A stretch of 64,000 nucleotides of DNA, taken from assembly GCF_009914755.1 (NCBI RefSeq), contig NC_060936.1. One strand, given 5' to 3'. Under the pieces are notes generated by a model. That model was not told the DNA's origin and searched no databases. It saw nothing but the letters and a program-made list of their open reading frames with translations. This stretch comes from the human T2T-CHM13v2.0 reference genome, Homo sapiens. Below, in pieces: positions 14,771-28,759 of the stretch (the stretch's first letter is position 1; the number at the start of each line of letters is the position of its first letter). The position numbers and the translations under genes were made by a program.

Positions 14771-17700
14771 GTTTTAATTTTTTATTTTTAATTATTATGG
14801 GTATATTGTAGGTGTACATATTTGTGGCTGATATGGTTTTTCTGTGTCCCTACCCAAATCTTATCTTGAATTGTAACGCCAACAATTCCCACATGTCATG
14901 GGGGTAACCCAGTGAGAGGTGATTGAATTACGGGGGCAGGTCTTTCCTGCACTATTCTTGCAATAGTGAACGAGTCTCACAAGATCTATGATTTTAAAAA
15001 TGGGAGTGTCCCCGTACGAGTTCTCCTTTTTGCCTGCCACCATCCACATAAGATGTGATTTTCTCTTCCTTTCCTTCCACCATGATTGTGAGGCTTCTCC
15101 AGCCACGTGAAAGTGTAAGTCCGTTAAACCTCTTTCTTCTGTAAATTGCCCAGTCTTGGGTATGTCTTTATCAGCAGCATGAAAATGGATTAATACAGTG
15201 GCATACATGAGACATTTTTATACAAGCCTGCAATGCATTATAATAAAATCATGGAAATGAGGTATCCATCCCCTCAAGCATTTATCCTTGTGTCACAAAC
15301 AATCCAATTATACTCTTAGTTATTTTAAAATGTACAATTAAATTATTATTGACTATAGTCACCCTCCTGTGCTATCAATAGTAGGTCTTAACTCATTCTA
15401 GATAACTATTTCTTTTGACTCATCAAGCATCACCACCTCCCCCACACTCCCCAACTCTCCTTCTACCCTGCCTAACCTATGGTAACCATCCTTCTACTCT
15501 CTATCTTAATGATTTCCATTACTTTGATTTTTAGATCTCACAAATAAGTGAAAACATTCAATGTTTGTCTTTATGTTTCTGGTTTATTTCACTTTACAAG
15601 ATGACCTCCAGTTCTATCCATGTTGTTGCAAATGACAGGATCTCTTATGCATTTTTTTGACAGGATATACTCAATTGTGTAAAAGTATCACATTTTCTTT
15701 AACCATTTATCCATTAATGAGCACTTAGGTTGCTTCCAAATCTTGACCATTGCTGTGACAAACATCGGCGTCTAGATATATCTTTGATATATTGGTTTCC
15801 TTTCTTTTAGGCATATACTCAGCAGTAGGATTGCTGGATCATATGGTAGCTCTATTTTTAGGTTTTCAAGAAAACTCCTAAAGGTTCTCCATAGTCGATG
15901 TACTATTTTACACCCCCACCAAGAGTGTACAAGAGTTCCCTTTTCACCACATCCTTGCTAACATTTGCTATTGACTGTCTTTTGTTTCTGCATTCTCTAT
16001 TCTGTTCCACTGGTCTATGTCTCTATTTTTATGACAGTATCATGGAGTTTTGGCTATCATAGCTTTGAACTATAATTCGAAGTTTGGTAATATCATTCCT
16101 CTGATTTTATTCTTTTTGCTCAGGATAGCGTTGGCTACTCTGGGTCTTTTGTGGAACTGATTTTGTATGTTGATTTTGTATCTTGCAACTTTACTGAATT
16201 CGTTTATCAGTCCTAACAGTTTTTTTGATGGAGTCTTTAGGTTATTCCAAATATAAGATCATATCATCTACAACAAGGATAACTTGACTTTTTTCTTTTC
16301 AGTTTGGATACCCTTTATTTTTTTCTCATGTCTGATTGCTGTAGCTAGGACTTCCAGTATGATTGAGATGTTGAATAATAGTGGTGACAGTGGGCATCTT
16401 TGTCGTGTTCCAGATCTTAGAGGAAATGCTTTTAGATTTTCCCCACGCAGTATGATACTAGCTATGGAGCTGTCTTATATGGCTTTTATCATGTTGAGGT
16501 ATGTTCCTTGTATATCCAGTTTTTAAGGGATTTTATCATGAAGCAACGTTGAATTTTACCAAATGCTTTTTCAGCATCAATTGAAATATCATATGGTTTT
16601 TATCCTTCATTCTGTTGATACAATATATCACATTGATTGACTTGCAAATGTTGAGCCATCCTTGCATCCCAGGAATAAATCCCACGTGGACATAACGAAT
16701 GATCTTTTAAATGTATTGTTGAGTCCTGTTTGCTAATATTTTGTTGGGGATTTTTGCATGAGTATTAATCAGAGATATTGGTCTGGCATTTTATTTTTTT
16801 GATATGTCTTTGTCTGGTTTTGGTATCAGAGTAATACTCGTCTCATAGAATTAGTTTTTAAGTATCCCCTCTCTTATTCTTTGAAATAGTTTGAGTAGGA
16901 TTGGTATTATTTCTTTTTTAAATGTTTGGTAGAATTCAGCAGAGAAGCCATTGGGGCCCAGGTTTCTCCTTGCTGGGTGAGTTTCATTGCAGCTTCAATA
17001 TCATCATTTGTTATTGGTCTGTTTGGGTTATGTATTTTCTCATGGTTCAATCTTGGTGGATTGTATTGTCTGGGAATTTATCTGCTTCTACTAGATTTTC
17101 AAATTTATTGGCATATAATTACTCATAGTAGCCACTAACAATCCTTTCAATTTCTGCAGTATCAATTGTAATGGTTACGTTTTTCATCTCTGATTTTATT
17201 TATTTGGGTCTTCTCCCTTTTTTCTTTGTTAGTCTGGCTAAAGGTTTGTCAATTTTGTTTATCTTTTCAAAAAGCCAACTTTTTGTTTTGTTGATATTTT
17301 GTATTTTCTTCATTTCAAATGCATTTACTTCTGCTCTTATCTTTATTATTATGTTTTTCTACCACTAATTTTAGTTTTGGCTTGCTCTTCCTTTTCTAAT
17401 TACTTAAGATGCATCACTAGATTGTTTATTTGAAGTTATTCTCCTTTTTTGATGTAGGCACTTATAGCTATACATGTTCCTCTTAGTATTGTTTTCACTG
17501 TATCCCATGAGTTTTGGTATGTTGTGTTTCAATTATCATTTGTTTCCAGAAATCTTAAATTTTCTTCTGAATTTCTTCATCGACTCACTGGTCATTCAGG
17601 ACCATATAATTTACTTTCAATGTGTTTGTATAGTTTCCAAAATTTCTTTTGTTATTGATCTCTAGTATTATTCCCTTGTAGCCAGATACGATGCTTGGTA

Positions 17701-20700
17701 TTATTTCATTTTCTTGAATGTTTTCAGACTTGTTTTGTGACCTAATGTATGATCTATCTTTTAGAATGATTCATGTGCTGAGGAGAAGAATGTGTATTCT
17801 GAAGCTGATGCATGAAATTTTCTGTAAATATCTATAAGGTTTATATTTGGTCTGTAGTGCAGATTAATTCTGATTTTTTTTGTTGATTTTCTGTCTGGGA
17901 GATCTGTTCAATGCTAAAAATGGGGTCTTGAAGTCTCTGGCTATTATTTTATTAGAGTTTCTATCTCTCTTTAGATCCAATAATATTTGCTTTATATATC
18001 TTGGTTCTTCAATGTTGGTCGCATATGTATTTATAATTGTTATATCTTCTGACTGAATTTACCCCTTTATCATTAAATAATGACCTTCTTTGTATTTTCT
18101 TGTAGTTTTTATATTGAAATCTACTTTGTCTGACAAAAGTATAGCTACTCTTGCTCTTTTTTTTGTTTGTTTCCAATGATTTGGAATATCTTTTTCCACC
18201 TTTTATTTTCAGTCTACATGTATTTTTATAAGTGAAGTGTGTTTCTTGTAGGTGACAGATTATTTGTTCTTGTTTTTTCATCCATTCAGCCACTCTATGT
18301 CTTTTGATTGGAATATTTAGTTCATTTATAATCAATGTTATTATTGACAAGCAAGGACTTCCTCTTGCCATTTTGCTAAATTTTTTCCAGTTGTTTCATT
18401 GTCTTCTCTTTTTTCTTTTCTTCCTGTCTTCCTCTTAGTGAATATTGTTTTCTCTGGTGGTATGATTTAATTTTTTTGCTTTTTGTATATCCATTGTATG
18501 TTTTTCAATTTGAGGTCACCATGAAGCTTGCAAATATTATCTTATAATATATTATTTTAAAATGATGACAACTTAACACTAATTGTATAAATGAACAAAT
18601 ATCCCAGAAGAAACCTTATAAAAACTCTATACTGTAACTTAATCCCCTACTTTAAAAACTGTTTTTATTTCTCTTCATATCTTATTGTACTATGTCTGAA
18701 AAGCTGTTGTACTCATTTTTAATATTTCATCATTTAGTCTTTCTACTTAAGATGAGTATTTTACACACCCCAATTACAATGTTATAATATTTTATGCTTT
18801 TCTATGAGCTTACTATTACCCGTGAGTTTTGTATCTTCTTGCTTATTAACACTATTTTCTTCCAAATTGAAGAACTCCCTTTAGCATTTTTTGTAGAAGA
18901 GGTCGGGTATGAATGAAATCTCTCAGCTTTTGTTTGCTTGGGAAAGCCTTTATTTTTCCTTCAGGCTTGAAGAATATATTTGCCAGATATACCATACTAG
19001 GGTAAAGGTTTTTTTTTTTTTTTTTTTCTAATTTTATTTTTGGCTCCAGCACTTTAAATATGGTATGCCACTCTATTTTGGCCTGTAATCTTTCCATTGA
19101 AAAGCCTGCTGCCAGACATACTGGCATTCCATTATATGTTATTTATTTCCTTTCTCCTGCTGCTTTTAGGAGCCTTTCTTTATCCTTGATCTTTGGGAGT
19201 TTGATTATTACATGCATCAAAATAGTTTTCTTTGGCTTAAATCTGCTTCGTGTCCTATAACCTTGTTGCATTTGAAAACTGATATTTCTAGGTTTAGGAA
19301 GTTCTCTATTATTATCCCTTTGAATGAATTTCTATCCCTGTCTCTTTCTCTATCTCCTCTTTAAGGGCAATAACTCTTATATTTGCCCTTTTAGGCTATT
19401 TTCTATATCTTATTGACATGCTTGATTCTTCTTATTTTCTTATGTCTCCTCTGACTGTATATCAAATAGCCTGTCTTCAAGTTCACTAATTCTTTCTTCT
19501 GCTTGATCAGTTCTGCTATTAAGAGATTGATGCATTTTCTGTATGTTAATTGCACTTTTCAACTCCAGAATTTCTGCTTCTTTTTAATTATTTCAATCTC
19601 TGTTAAATTTATCTGATAGAATTCAGAATTTTTTCTTTGTGTTATCTTCAATTTCTTTGAGTTTCCCCAAAACAACAATTTAAAATTATCTGTATGAATG
19701 ATCACATATCTCTTTTTCTCCAGGACTGGTCCCTGGTGCCTTTTAGTTCATTTAGCGAGCTCATGTGTTTCTGAATCATCTTGATGCTTGTGGATGGTCA
19801 ATGCTTCTGGGCATTGATGAGTCAGGTATTTATTGTACTCTTTGCAGTCTGGGCTTGTTTGTGCCTGTCCTTCTTGAGAAGGCTTTCCAGATATTCAAAA
19901 GGACTTGTGCCTGAAGCCCAATAATGCTGTTTTTTGTTTGTTTGTGTGTTTGTTTGTTTTGTTTGTTTTTTTGAGATTCATAGAGATACTCCCTTGGTGA
20001 CTTGAATAAGATCTGGGAGCATTTTCTGGATTACCAGGGAGAGACACTTGTTCTCTTCCCTTAATTTCTGTCAAATAAATGGAGTCTCTCTTTGTACTGA
20101 GCCACCTGGAACTGGGAATGTGGCATTGCAAGTACCCCTGTGGTCACCACCACTGGAACTATGCTGGGTTTGACCTGAAGCCAGCACAACACTATGTCTC
20201 ACCCATTGCCTTCTGTAACCACCACCTGGCTACCAACTGTGTTCACTCAAGGCCCTACAGCTCCATAATAGGTAGGTAGCAAAGCCAACCAGGTTTGTGT
20301 CCTTCTTTTCAGGTGTTGGGTTCTCCCAGGTCCCAGACAGGTCCAGAGATGCTGTCTGGGAGGCAGGGATTGGAGTCAAAAATCTTAAAAATTTACCCAA
20401 TGTTCTACTCTTCTGCAGCAAAGCTGGCATTCAAACCACAAGACAAAATTCTCTCCACTCTTCCCTCCTCTTTCCTCAGTCAGAGGAGCCTCTCTCTGTG
20501 GCCACTACCACCAGCCCATAAGGTGCTCTGCCAGACCACCACTGATGTTCACTTAAAGACCAAGGACTCTTACTCACCCTTCAGAAAAGTGGGCTCCCGT
20601 CTGGCCAAAAGCTGGTCCAGAAATGCTGTCCAAGAGCCTAGTCCTTGGCTCAGAGACCCCAAGACCCTGCTTGTTGCCCTAGCCCATTGTGGCGGAGCTG

Positions 20701-21780
20701 GTACCTAAGGTGCAAGACAAAGTCATCTTTATTTTCTCCCTGATTTCCTTAAACAGAAGGAGTGTTTTACTATTGTCACTAGAGCTGGGAGTGTGCTGGG
20801 TCACATATGAAGCCAGTACATCTCAGAGCCCAAGGCCCATGGCATACTACCTGGGTATCACTACTGGTTATTCAAGGCACAAGGGCTCTTTAGTCAGCAT
20901 GTGGTAAGTCCTGCCAGAACTGGGTCTTTTCCTTCAGGGCAGAAGGCTCCCTTTTGGCCCAGGATGTGTCTAGAAATGTCACCCCCAGGAGCTAGGGTCT
21001 GGAATGGGGACCTCACAGCTCTACTCTGTGCCCTATCCTACTGTGGCTGAGCTGGTATCCAAGATGCAAGATACAGTCCTTCTTACTGTTTGATCTCTCC
21101 TCAAGCAAAAGGAAGGAGTCATTTTTGTTGCTGCAAGTCACACTGCCTGGGGTTGGGGGAGTGGTGGCACAAGCACTACTCCCTTAACCACCCAGGCTGG
21201 TGTTTCCCTAGGTCATGTGCCACCCTAGTCCACCCTAGTCCCAGCCCAGCAGTAGGAATTGCCTAGGAATTGCAGTCCTTGTGTCCTAGACTGCCTTTCA
21301 AGTTTACCTAGGACCCCAGAGCACTTTGGCCCATGTTGGTGAGGCTTGCTGGGACACCCAAGTTTTGACTGCTGGGATGGGCGATTTCTTTCCGGATATG
21401 TTTGGTCTAAATGCTCTCTCTGTGCACAGGTGCTGACTCAGCCTAGCACAGCTTTTCTCTCCTCTGTGGCAGGGCAGCACTGAGTTATATGTAAAAGTCC
21501 CTTAGTCACTGTGCTTTCCCTTCCCCAAGTGCACAGGCTGCACAGCAGGCCCTCTGTTAGGAAATGGGAAAGGGGTGGCTTCAGCAATTCAAGAATGTCC
21601 CCTACCCTCTTCAATGCCTCTTTCAGCAATATGAAGTTAAAACCAGTATTGTGAATGTTCACCTGATTTTCTTGTTCTTGTGATCGTGCTTTTCTGTGTA
21701 TATGCAGTTGTTAAAATTTGGTGTTCCTGCAAGGAAGATAAAAGGTGTAGGCTTCTATTCCACCATCTTGCTCCACCCCC
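14771..21780 (-). mobile_element. Two-ended L1MA(1-3)-type LINE, decayed, with internal deletions
   Basis: ORF2 endonuclease remnant (18009-18371, IITL..N.L..PIKRHRVAEW..LQETH); ORF1 remnant (18852-19127); long 5'UTR to 21780; TSD tcat(t/c)cttttat at 14759-14770 and 21781-21792. Confidence 0.88.
14829..15197 (+). mobile_element. THE1 (B-like) solo LTR nested in the L1 3'UTR
   Basis: TGATATGG...TAATACA; TSD gtggc at 14824-14828 and 15198-15202. Confidence 0.92.
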
Positions 21781-22379
21781 TCATCCTTTTATTCCACTTT
21801 ATTATCCCTCCCGTCACAGTCCCTAGTCTCCTTTCTGTTTGAAGACAGACAAATCTTGGCTACATCACTTGGAGGTGCAACTTTAGGCCAGGGTTTATAG
21901 AAGTAGTGGAAAGTAATACAAATTTGAAAGCCTCAAATTTTACAGTATAGAGAAGGCTATTTCAAACCACCATTTGTTGATTAACTCTTACATTTCCTGG
22001 GGAAAGGCAGGTAGCAGGTCTCACTGGCAAAGAAGAGAAAATGGAAAAAAAAATGAATAGCATTTATACTCTAATTATAATGGTGTCTTGTATAAAGTAC
22101 TTAGAATAAGTTAGAATTTTAGTTAATAGAACCTGAGTGAATAAATCAATAAATAAGTGTACAGCTGAAGAACTGACTGCATGAAGGAAGCAAAAAGAAG
22201 AGAACTTTGTTCATTTTTCTTTAACTTCTTTGGCCAGATTTCCTTATCTGCCAAGTGAAACCATAATAAGGGTTTTAAATTCTATTTCAATTCAAAAATA
22301 AGATTCCTGCATTGTTCATATTACTCAGTGAATAGAAGGATGGAGAAATAATTCCTAGTGCAAGGCAGGTACCCGACTG

Positions 22380-23047
22380 TAGATTATATCAAAAGGAAAT
22401 GAAATCAGCACTTCATAGAAAGATCTGTGCTCCCACGTGCATTGCAGCATTATTCATAATAGCCAAGATATGGAAACAATTTAAGTGTCAAGCAATGGAA
22501 GAATGAATAAAGAAATTGTGACATATATACACAATGGAATATTATACCATTTGTGAAAGCATGGATAAACTTGGAGGACATTATGCTAAGTGAAGTAAGC
22601 CAGACAGAGAAAGAAATATAGCATGACCTCACTTATATGTAGAAATGTAAAAAAAAAAAAAAAAAAAAAATCAAGTATATGGAAACAGAGAGTAGAACAG
22701 TTGATTACCAGGAGCGGGAAGAAGGTGAAAATGGGGAGAAGTAGGTCAAAAGATTCAAAGTTACATAGAATGAATAACTCTAGAGGTCTCATGTAAAACA
22801 TGAAAATAATAGTTAATAATATTGCATTGAATATTGAAAAAATTGCTAAAAGAATACATTTTAGGTGCACTTGCCACCAGAAAATGTAACTATGGGAGAT
22901 GATGGACAAGTTAATCACTGCAACTATGTTTATGTATATCAAAACAGCATATTGTACACCTTAGATATATACTTTATTTGCTTTCACTATATTTATATAC
23001 ATCAAAACAGCATGTTGTACACCTTAGATGTATACTTTTTTTTTTAA
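22380..23047 (+). mobile_element. L1MA 3' end with a duplicated terminal ~62 bp
   Basis: aaaggaaatgaaatcagc..ttgcagcattattcataatagccaagatatggaaacaa..ggaggacattatgctaagtgaa. Confidence 0.85.
22973..22978 (-). terminator. Candidate distal poly(A) signal AATAAA inside an antisense L1 3' end
   Basis: tttatt on + strand. Confidence 0.5.
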
Positions 23048-23804
23048 GAGCCCCCATGGCAAGAGAGTGAGAGAAGAAGAATGGTGCTATTTGGCAATAC
23101 ATTATTGTGTTACGGTTAAAGTCTGGCAGGTTAAGTATTAAAGATTAGGGTACCATATAAAAATATTGCCTCAACACAAAAATAAACAAAATTTTTATTA
23201 GTTCAGCCTCTGAAATAAGGAAGCACATTTGTGAATATTCATACATAAAATGCTGTCCAAAATAAATTATTCACAGAAATAGGTAAGATATAGAAGAGAG
23301 AATATAGAATGCTGTCATTTATGTAATATATTGTATTTCCAGAAGGATACAGAAGAAACTGGCAATGGTGATTGCCTTTAAAGATGGAGAATGGATGGCC
23401 AGGAGAAATGTTGGATGAGAACTTACTTCACACTGAATTGTCATAATTTTTTAGTTTTGTATAATGTGCATATACTGCCTATTTATAAAATATTAAACAT
23501 TTTAAAGGGATACAAACACAATATTCATGAATATATTTTAAAAGACTAAAAATTTATGCACCAGTGGATTTAATACTTTAAATGCTGTGATACCATTTAT
23601 TAACATCTATCTATAGCAGAGCGAGAATACTGGCTGAAATAAATCAATTGATATGGCATGTGTATTACCTCACTTATTTTGCTGCTATATCCATCATTGT
23701 TTTAAAAATGTAACTGATCTGGTGGTAGGATAAATGAAAGATTTTTAACTAGAGGACACTCAGTGAGGTTCCTCTGCTCTATCCAATTTCATATATACAA
23801 CAGT

Positions 23805-23810
23805 TTTATT
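23805..23810 (-). terminator. Candidate poly(A) signal AATAAA
   Basis: tttatt on + strand, ~1.3 kb after the stop codon. Confidence 0.5.
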
Positions 23811-25095
23811 TAAAAATCATAGTCTTTTATACTTTGCAGACAATATTGAATCAGCAAGCAGTCAATTGTACACATGGTTTCTTGGGAGGCTGTAAGTACT
23901 TTTTCAAGAATCATAAGACTACATAAGAACACCATTGAACCATAATACTCTATTTTTCCTTAGACTCTGAAGCGGTGGTAACTCTATTCAATTAATGTAA
24001 TTCATCCCACTTGGAATGTGATGTTTAGTTATTATGAAATGTCTAAGTGCTGACTGAAATGAAAGACAATCCAGTTCAGGTGATACAAAGAAAATCAATG
24101 TGAAAAACAAACATCATTTTTAAACTTTGTTTATTTGTAGATTAAAATGTAATGCATTACAATTTTAACAATCACTTAAAAATGATTTATATTTGCATAA
24201 AACAGAAGCAAAACAGAAATATATTAATTAAAATGCCATCTTGCTTCAAGTTTTCAAATTAGTACTTTAAGTACTTAAATGCATTGCAAGTATATTGTAT
24301 AAATATACTATGAATAATCTTGAAACCACAATAAATATCAAGTAGGTTTTTAGGCACACGGCATAAGAAAAATGCAGAATCTGCATAATTCTTGAGAGTG
24401 CTGAGTAACTCACTCTTAGTTCATTTTCACACATATATTTTACACAAAATATACAGCCATCACTCACATGATTCTCAGTCACCTCTGAATCTCATCTTTC
24501 ATCCCAGCGTTAGTGCCTTCTCATGCTTTGATTGCTATTGCTCTATACAGCTATTACATAAGAAAATATTTTGCAGTTTTCTTCAACTAATTGCCTAAGA
24601 AGGTGTCAATGCTACCAAAATCAATACAGCCTATCTACATAATATATTCATAGAAATGTGCTGAGAGGCACCCACTTACAGAACTGCTCATTGTGACACT
24701 GGAAGTTACCCTGAAGGCAAACTTATAAATTTTAATGTATACCATTTTTAATTGTCAACACTACTAAACCCAGAAATTATTAGAAACTGAGGTAATACCA
24801 TTTTTTTAAGAGATAGAAATATTTGAAAATACACCAAAGGTACTTAAAAAAAAATCCTGGCAAACATGTACCTCAGCCCTCCTAAGATTTGTCTGCAATC
24901 CTTTCTGCACAAATGTAAACCAAAGAATCCAAAAGAATGCTCAAGTTGAACTGACATATACTGTTAGGATTAAAGATCACAGCCACGGAACACCTGAGAT
25001 TGCCCTCTGATAAGTGAAGCCTAATGCTTCTCCTACTAGGGCCAATGTTCATTGGTAAAAATGAACCAAATAAAACCCACTGACTTTTCCCCCAG

Positions 25096-25470
25096 CTACA
25101 AATCAGATTCTGGCATATCTGGCATAATATCTGCCATCAAGTACCCTATTCCATACCGTCCATTGGGAGCAGTATCCAGAGTTGGGGATCCACTCTGTTT
25201 TCGATAAATATTTTTACCAAAATTTGGAGATGGCATCTCGCTCGGTATTTTTCCGTGAATGAGGCTTGTATCATCGCCCTCTAAGTTCACAGGCTCTTTC
25301 AGGACCCTTCCTCTCTTATAGGTCACAGATGCTAAATTACCAGAACTATCATCTATAAGGTTGAAGCGACGAACAATGAAAACTACAGGGACTGGGAGTA
25401 TTGCAAAGACAACCAGAGAGACACAAACAACCAGTCCCCATGTTGGATAGCTCAGAAATTCTTCAGATGC
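25096..25470 (-). CDS. SLC6A15: SLC6A15 exon 12 coding part (375 nt; [12 protein letters not shown]...MPDMPESDL*)
   Basis: aacag| acceptor; TAG at 25098-25096; total CDS 2193 nt. Confidence 0.97.
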   Translation of the reverse strand, partial: ASEEFLSYPTWGLVVCVSLVVFAILPVPVVFIVRRFNLIDDSSGNLASVTYKRGRVLKEPVNLEGDDTSLIHGKIPSEMPSPNFGKNIYRKQSGSPTLDTAPNGRYGIGYLMADIMPDMPESDL

Positions 25471-25529
25471 CTGTTAAAGAAGAAAATAATAATTATTAGT
25501 AATCTATCTTTCTTTGCACATACATAAAA

Positions 25530-25892
25530 TATTGTACTTGCTTCAAGTTTGTAAGCAAAGAATCTGGGCTGGCTTTGTGACTTGCTTTGACCAATAGAAA
25601 GCAGTAGAAGTGACACTCAGCAACTTCCAAGACTAGGCCTCAAAGGCCTTCCAATTTCTGCTTCTTTCTTAGAATATTGCCCTGAATATGATGCTTGGAA
25701 ACGTTATAAGTGAAAGACCACCTAAAGAGAGAGCCCAGCTCTCCTCCAAGCTGAATGCAACTGCTTGAGTTAGCCCAGGCAAGAAAAGAAGAAGAACTGC
25801 TCAGCTCAGCCACAGAACTGTAAGAAATAATAAATCAATGTCGCTCTTAGCCATTAAATTTCAGGGTAGTTTGTTACTAAGCAATAGATACC
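25530..25892. mobile_element. MLT1 (H/I/J-like) LTR in intron 11
   Basis: gtgacttgctttgaccaatagaa..gaagtgac..ttccaagactaggcctca..gcaatagatac. Confidence 0.75.
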
Positions 25893-26235
25893 TCTTAAAT
25901 GTGTCATATATCTTTCTAAAATCTGGAAACCAAACTTTTGAAGCACATCTGGCCCCAAGGGTTTTGGTGAGAGAACGGATTTGTTTATGCCTCAGTCTAG
26001 AATTATTAACCATAGGATAGTTAAAGGTCAGAAGTATCTCTGAAAATAAGCACTTTTATTTTATAACAGCTGACATATACCTAATGATTTCATTATTATT
26101 CAGCTTGAGAATAGAAATTGAAATAGTTATTGCTAATATAAAAATTATAACAGAACTTTACTTCAAAATTTACTTATTTTAAATTGTACTTTGCTAATAT
26201 ATATTTTTCATCATTACATAGAATCTGGGATACAA

Positions 26236-26554
26236 TTTTTATTTATTTATTTGTTTATTGATTGATTGAGTGATTGATAGTGACTTGCTTTGTCACACAG
26301 GCTGGAGTGCAGTGGTAATCATAACTCACTTTAACCTTCAACTCCTAGGCTCAAGCTATCCTTCAGCCTCAGCCTGACGAGTAGCTAGGACTATAGCCGT
26401 GTGCTACCATGCCCAGCTAATTTTTTTCATCTTTTGTAGAGACAGGGATTCTCTGTGTTGCACAGGCTGCTCTCAAGCTGCTGGCCTCAAGTGATGCTTT
26501 TGCCTTGGCCTCCAAAAGTGTTGGGATTATAGGTATGAGTCACTGCACCTGGCC
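26236..26554 (-). mobile_element. AluJ
   Basis: Diverged dimer; TSD tgggatacaa at 26226-26235 and 26555-26564. Confidence 0.9.
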
Positions 26555-26901
26555 TGGGATACAACTTCATAAATTCATATATTAAAATATTTCTAGAGTT
26601 TTGATTAATATGTTTTCTAGAGTCAAAGGCCCAATAATTATTGGTTCATCAGTGTTAAGATGGATATATCTGCTTTAATAAGGACAAGGTTAGTGCTTCA
26701 CATGTGTTGAAAACATCCACAATGTATTTAAAAAATCACATATGCTCGGGCAGAGCACAAACGTAAATCTCATATCCTTGCATAAAAGCTATGCCATTCA
26801 TTAAACAGCAAAAAATACTGTGATGGAGACAAAAGAAAAAGCCCTCTAAAAAAGCTTTTTATATATCTTTTAAAAATGTAATTCCCTTATTTTGTATTTA
26901 C

Positions 26902-27064
26902 CTTATCTTCAATCCATGCGTTATAGCCAGGAGGACTTAATCCCATATTCACAACACTAGCTATTAGCAATGATAATAGCATTAGAGGAGAAATATATTT
27001 CCACATATAGTAGTAATATCTGCTGGGAGCAAAGCCCAGCATATCTTTTAGGTCTTCCATAAAC
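26902..27064 (-). CDS. SLC6A15: SLC6A15 exon 11 (163 nt; [26 protein letters not shown]...AWIEDK)
   Basis: Manual translation; ttcag| acceptor, AAG|GTAAAT donor. Confidence 0.95.
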
Positions 27065-27409
27065 CTGAATAAAAAGAAAGTATTTAATTATTCCTTAATT
27101 TAATATTGCTAAACCTTAAAAAATGTGCATTATATTAATGGTCTGACAAACATTTACCATTGATACCCTATGACATTTTATACTGTATCAAAGTTCCTCT
27201 TGGAAGATGACTATAAAGTAAAATGAAGCCAGGTAAGTACTATAATTTTTATTTAGGGAAAGCTCTCTTAAGCCAATTACTGATTTCTCCTTCTACTGAT
27301 AACTTTCTATTCTATAAACAAAATATTTTCAGTATATTAAAAATTTCTTGTCTCTTTTTTAGTAATACAAGTAATAATTACAAAAAGGAATTATTTAGAA
27401 ATTATTTCT

Positions 27410-27660
27410 TTTAGTAATTACTGCTTAAATATTATTAAGAAATATTAAGTAATTATATATTAAGGAATTATTACTATGCTATTAATACTATTCTATCAAG
27501 GAATTATTACTTTTAGTAATAATTACTTATTAGTAAATAATTTTACTAATTACTACTTTTCCTAATAATTTTACTATTACTTTAGTAATAATTAGTAAAA
27601 GTAATAATTCCTTAATATCACAGCATTAAAAGCATAATAATAATTCCTTAATATCATCAA
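27410..27660. repeat. AT-rich low-complexity quasi-palindromic block
   Basis: Repeated aaggaattattact and aataattccttaatatca units in both orientations. Confidence 0.8.
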
Positions 27661-27718
27661 ATATACCTAATCAATGTTATATTTTCTGAACTCTTCTTTT
27701 TACATTCCGAATTTCTAA

Positions 27719-28182
<464 letters not shown>

Positions 28183-28759
28183 TAGAAAATATATGAACTT
28201 TGAAGACCAAGAGACCTCATTTCAGATCACAGTTCTGTGTTCTTTTGATGTATATCTTAATCTCTCTAAGCTTCATTTTTGGTGTTTTCCAAAAATATAA
28301 TATAATACCCACCTTTGAGGGTTATTACTAGAACCATAAACAATGGATGCTTAGCATACTACCTCACATATGGTACAAAATCGACAGATGCATCTATTAG
28401 TAGTAGTATTTTTTCTTCTGTTGTTATAAATAGTGTTATTCAGGAACACTAGCATTAAAAAGAGAGATTCTTTAGTAAGTCTATCATGAATAACGAACTG
28501 TCTAAATGGAAATCTAAATTACAAATGTATTTATTTACAGATCAGTCCAAAAACAATATCAAATTCCATCATGGTACAGGTTATGAGTTTTGAGTAGCCT
28601 AGTAAAGCTTAGAGAAACCTGGCCTTGAAATGAAGGTCAAGGTTACAGTACTGGCTCTACAGCTAACATATTGTATCCTCCTGTAAAAGAAGGGGCAGTT
28701 TCCCATCTGTAAGATATGGATCATGTTAGTTAACAAGGAGTATTTTTTGATTACACACT

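Larger units (their letters stand above)
22955..25095 (-). other. SLC6A15: SLC6A15 3'UTR (distal end approximate)
   Basis: AU-rich sequence after the stop; minus-strand AATAAA at 24135-24130, 23810-23805 and 22978-22973. Confidence 0.6.

Noticed and set aside
18009-21662. L1 ORF1, ORF2 and 5'UTR ORFs as active genes
   Set aside because: Fragmented and deleted; not retrotransposition-competent
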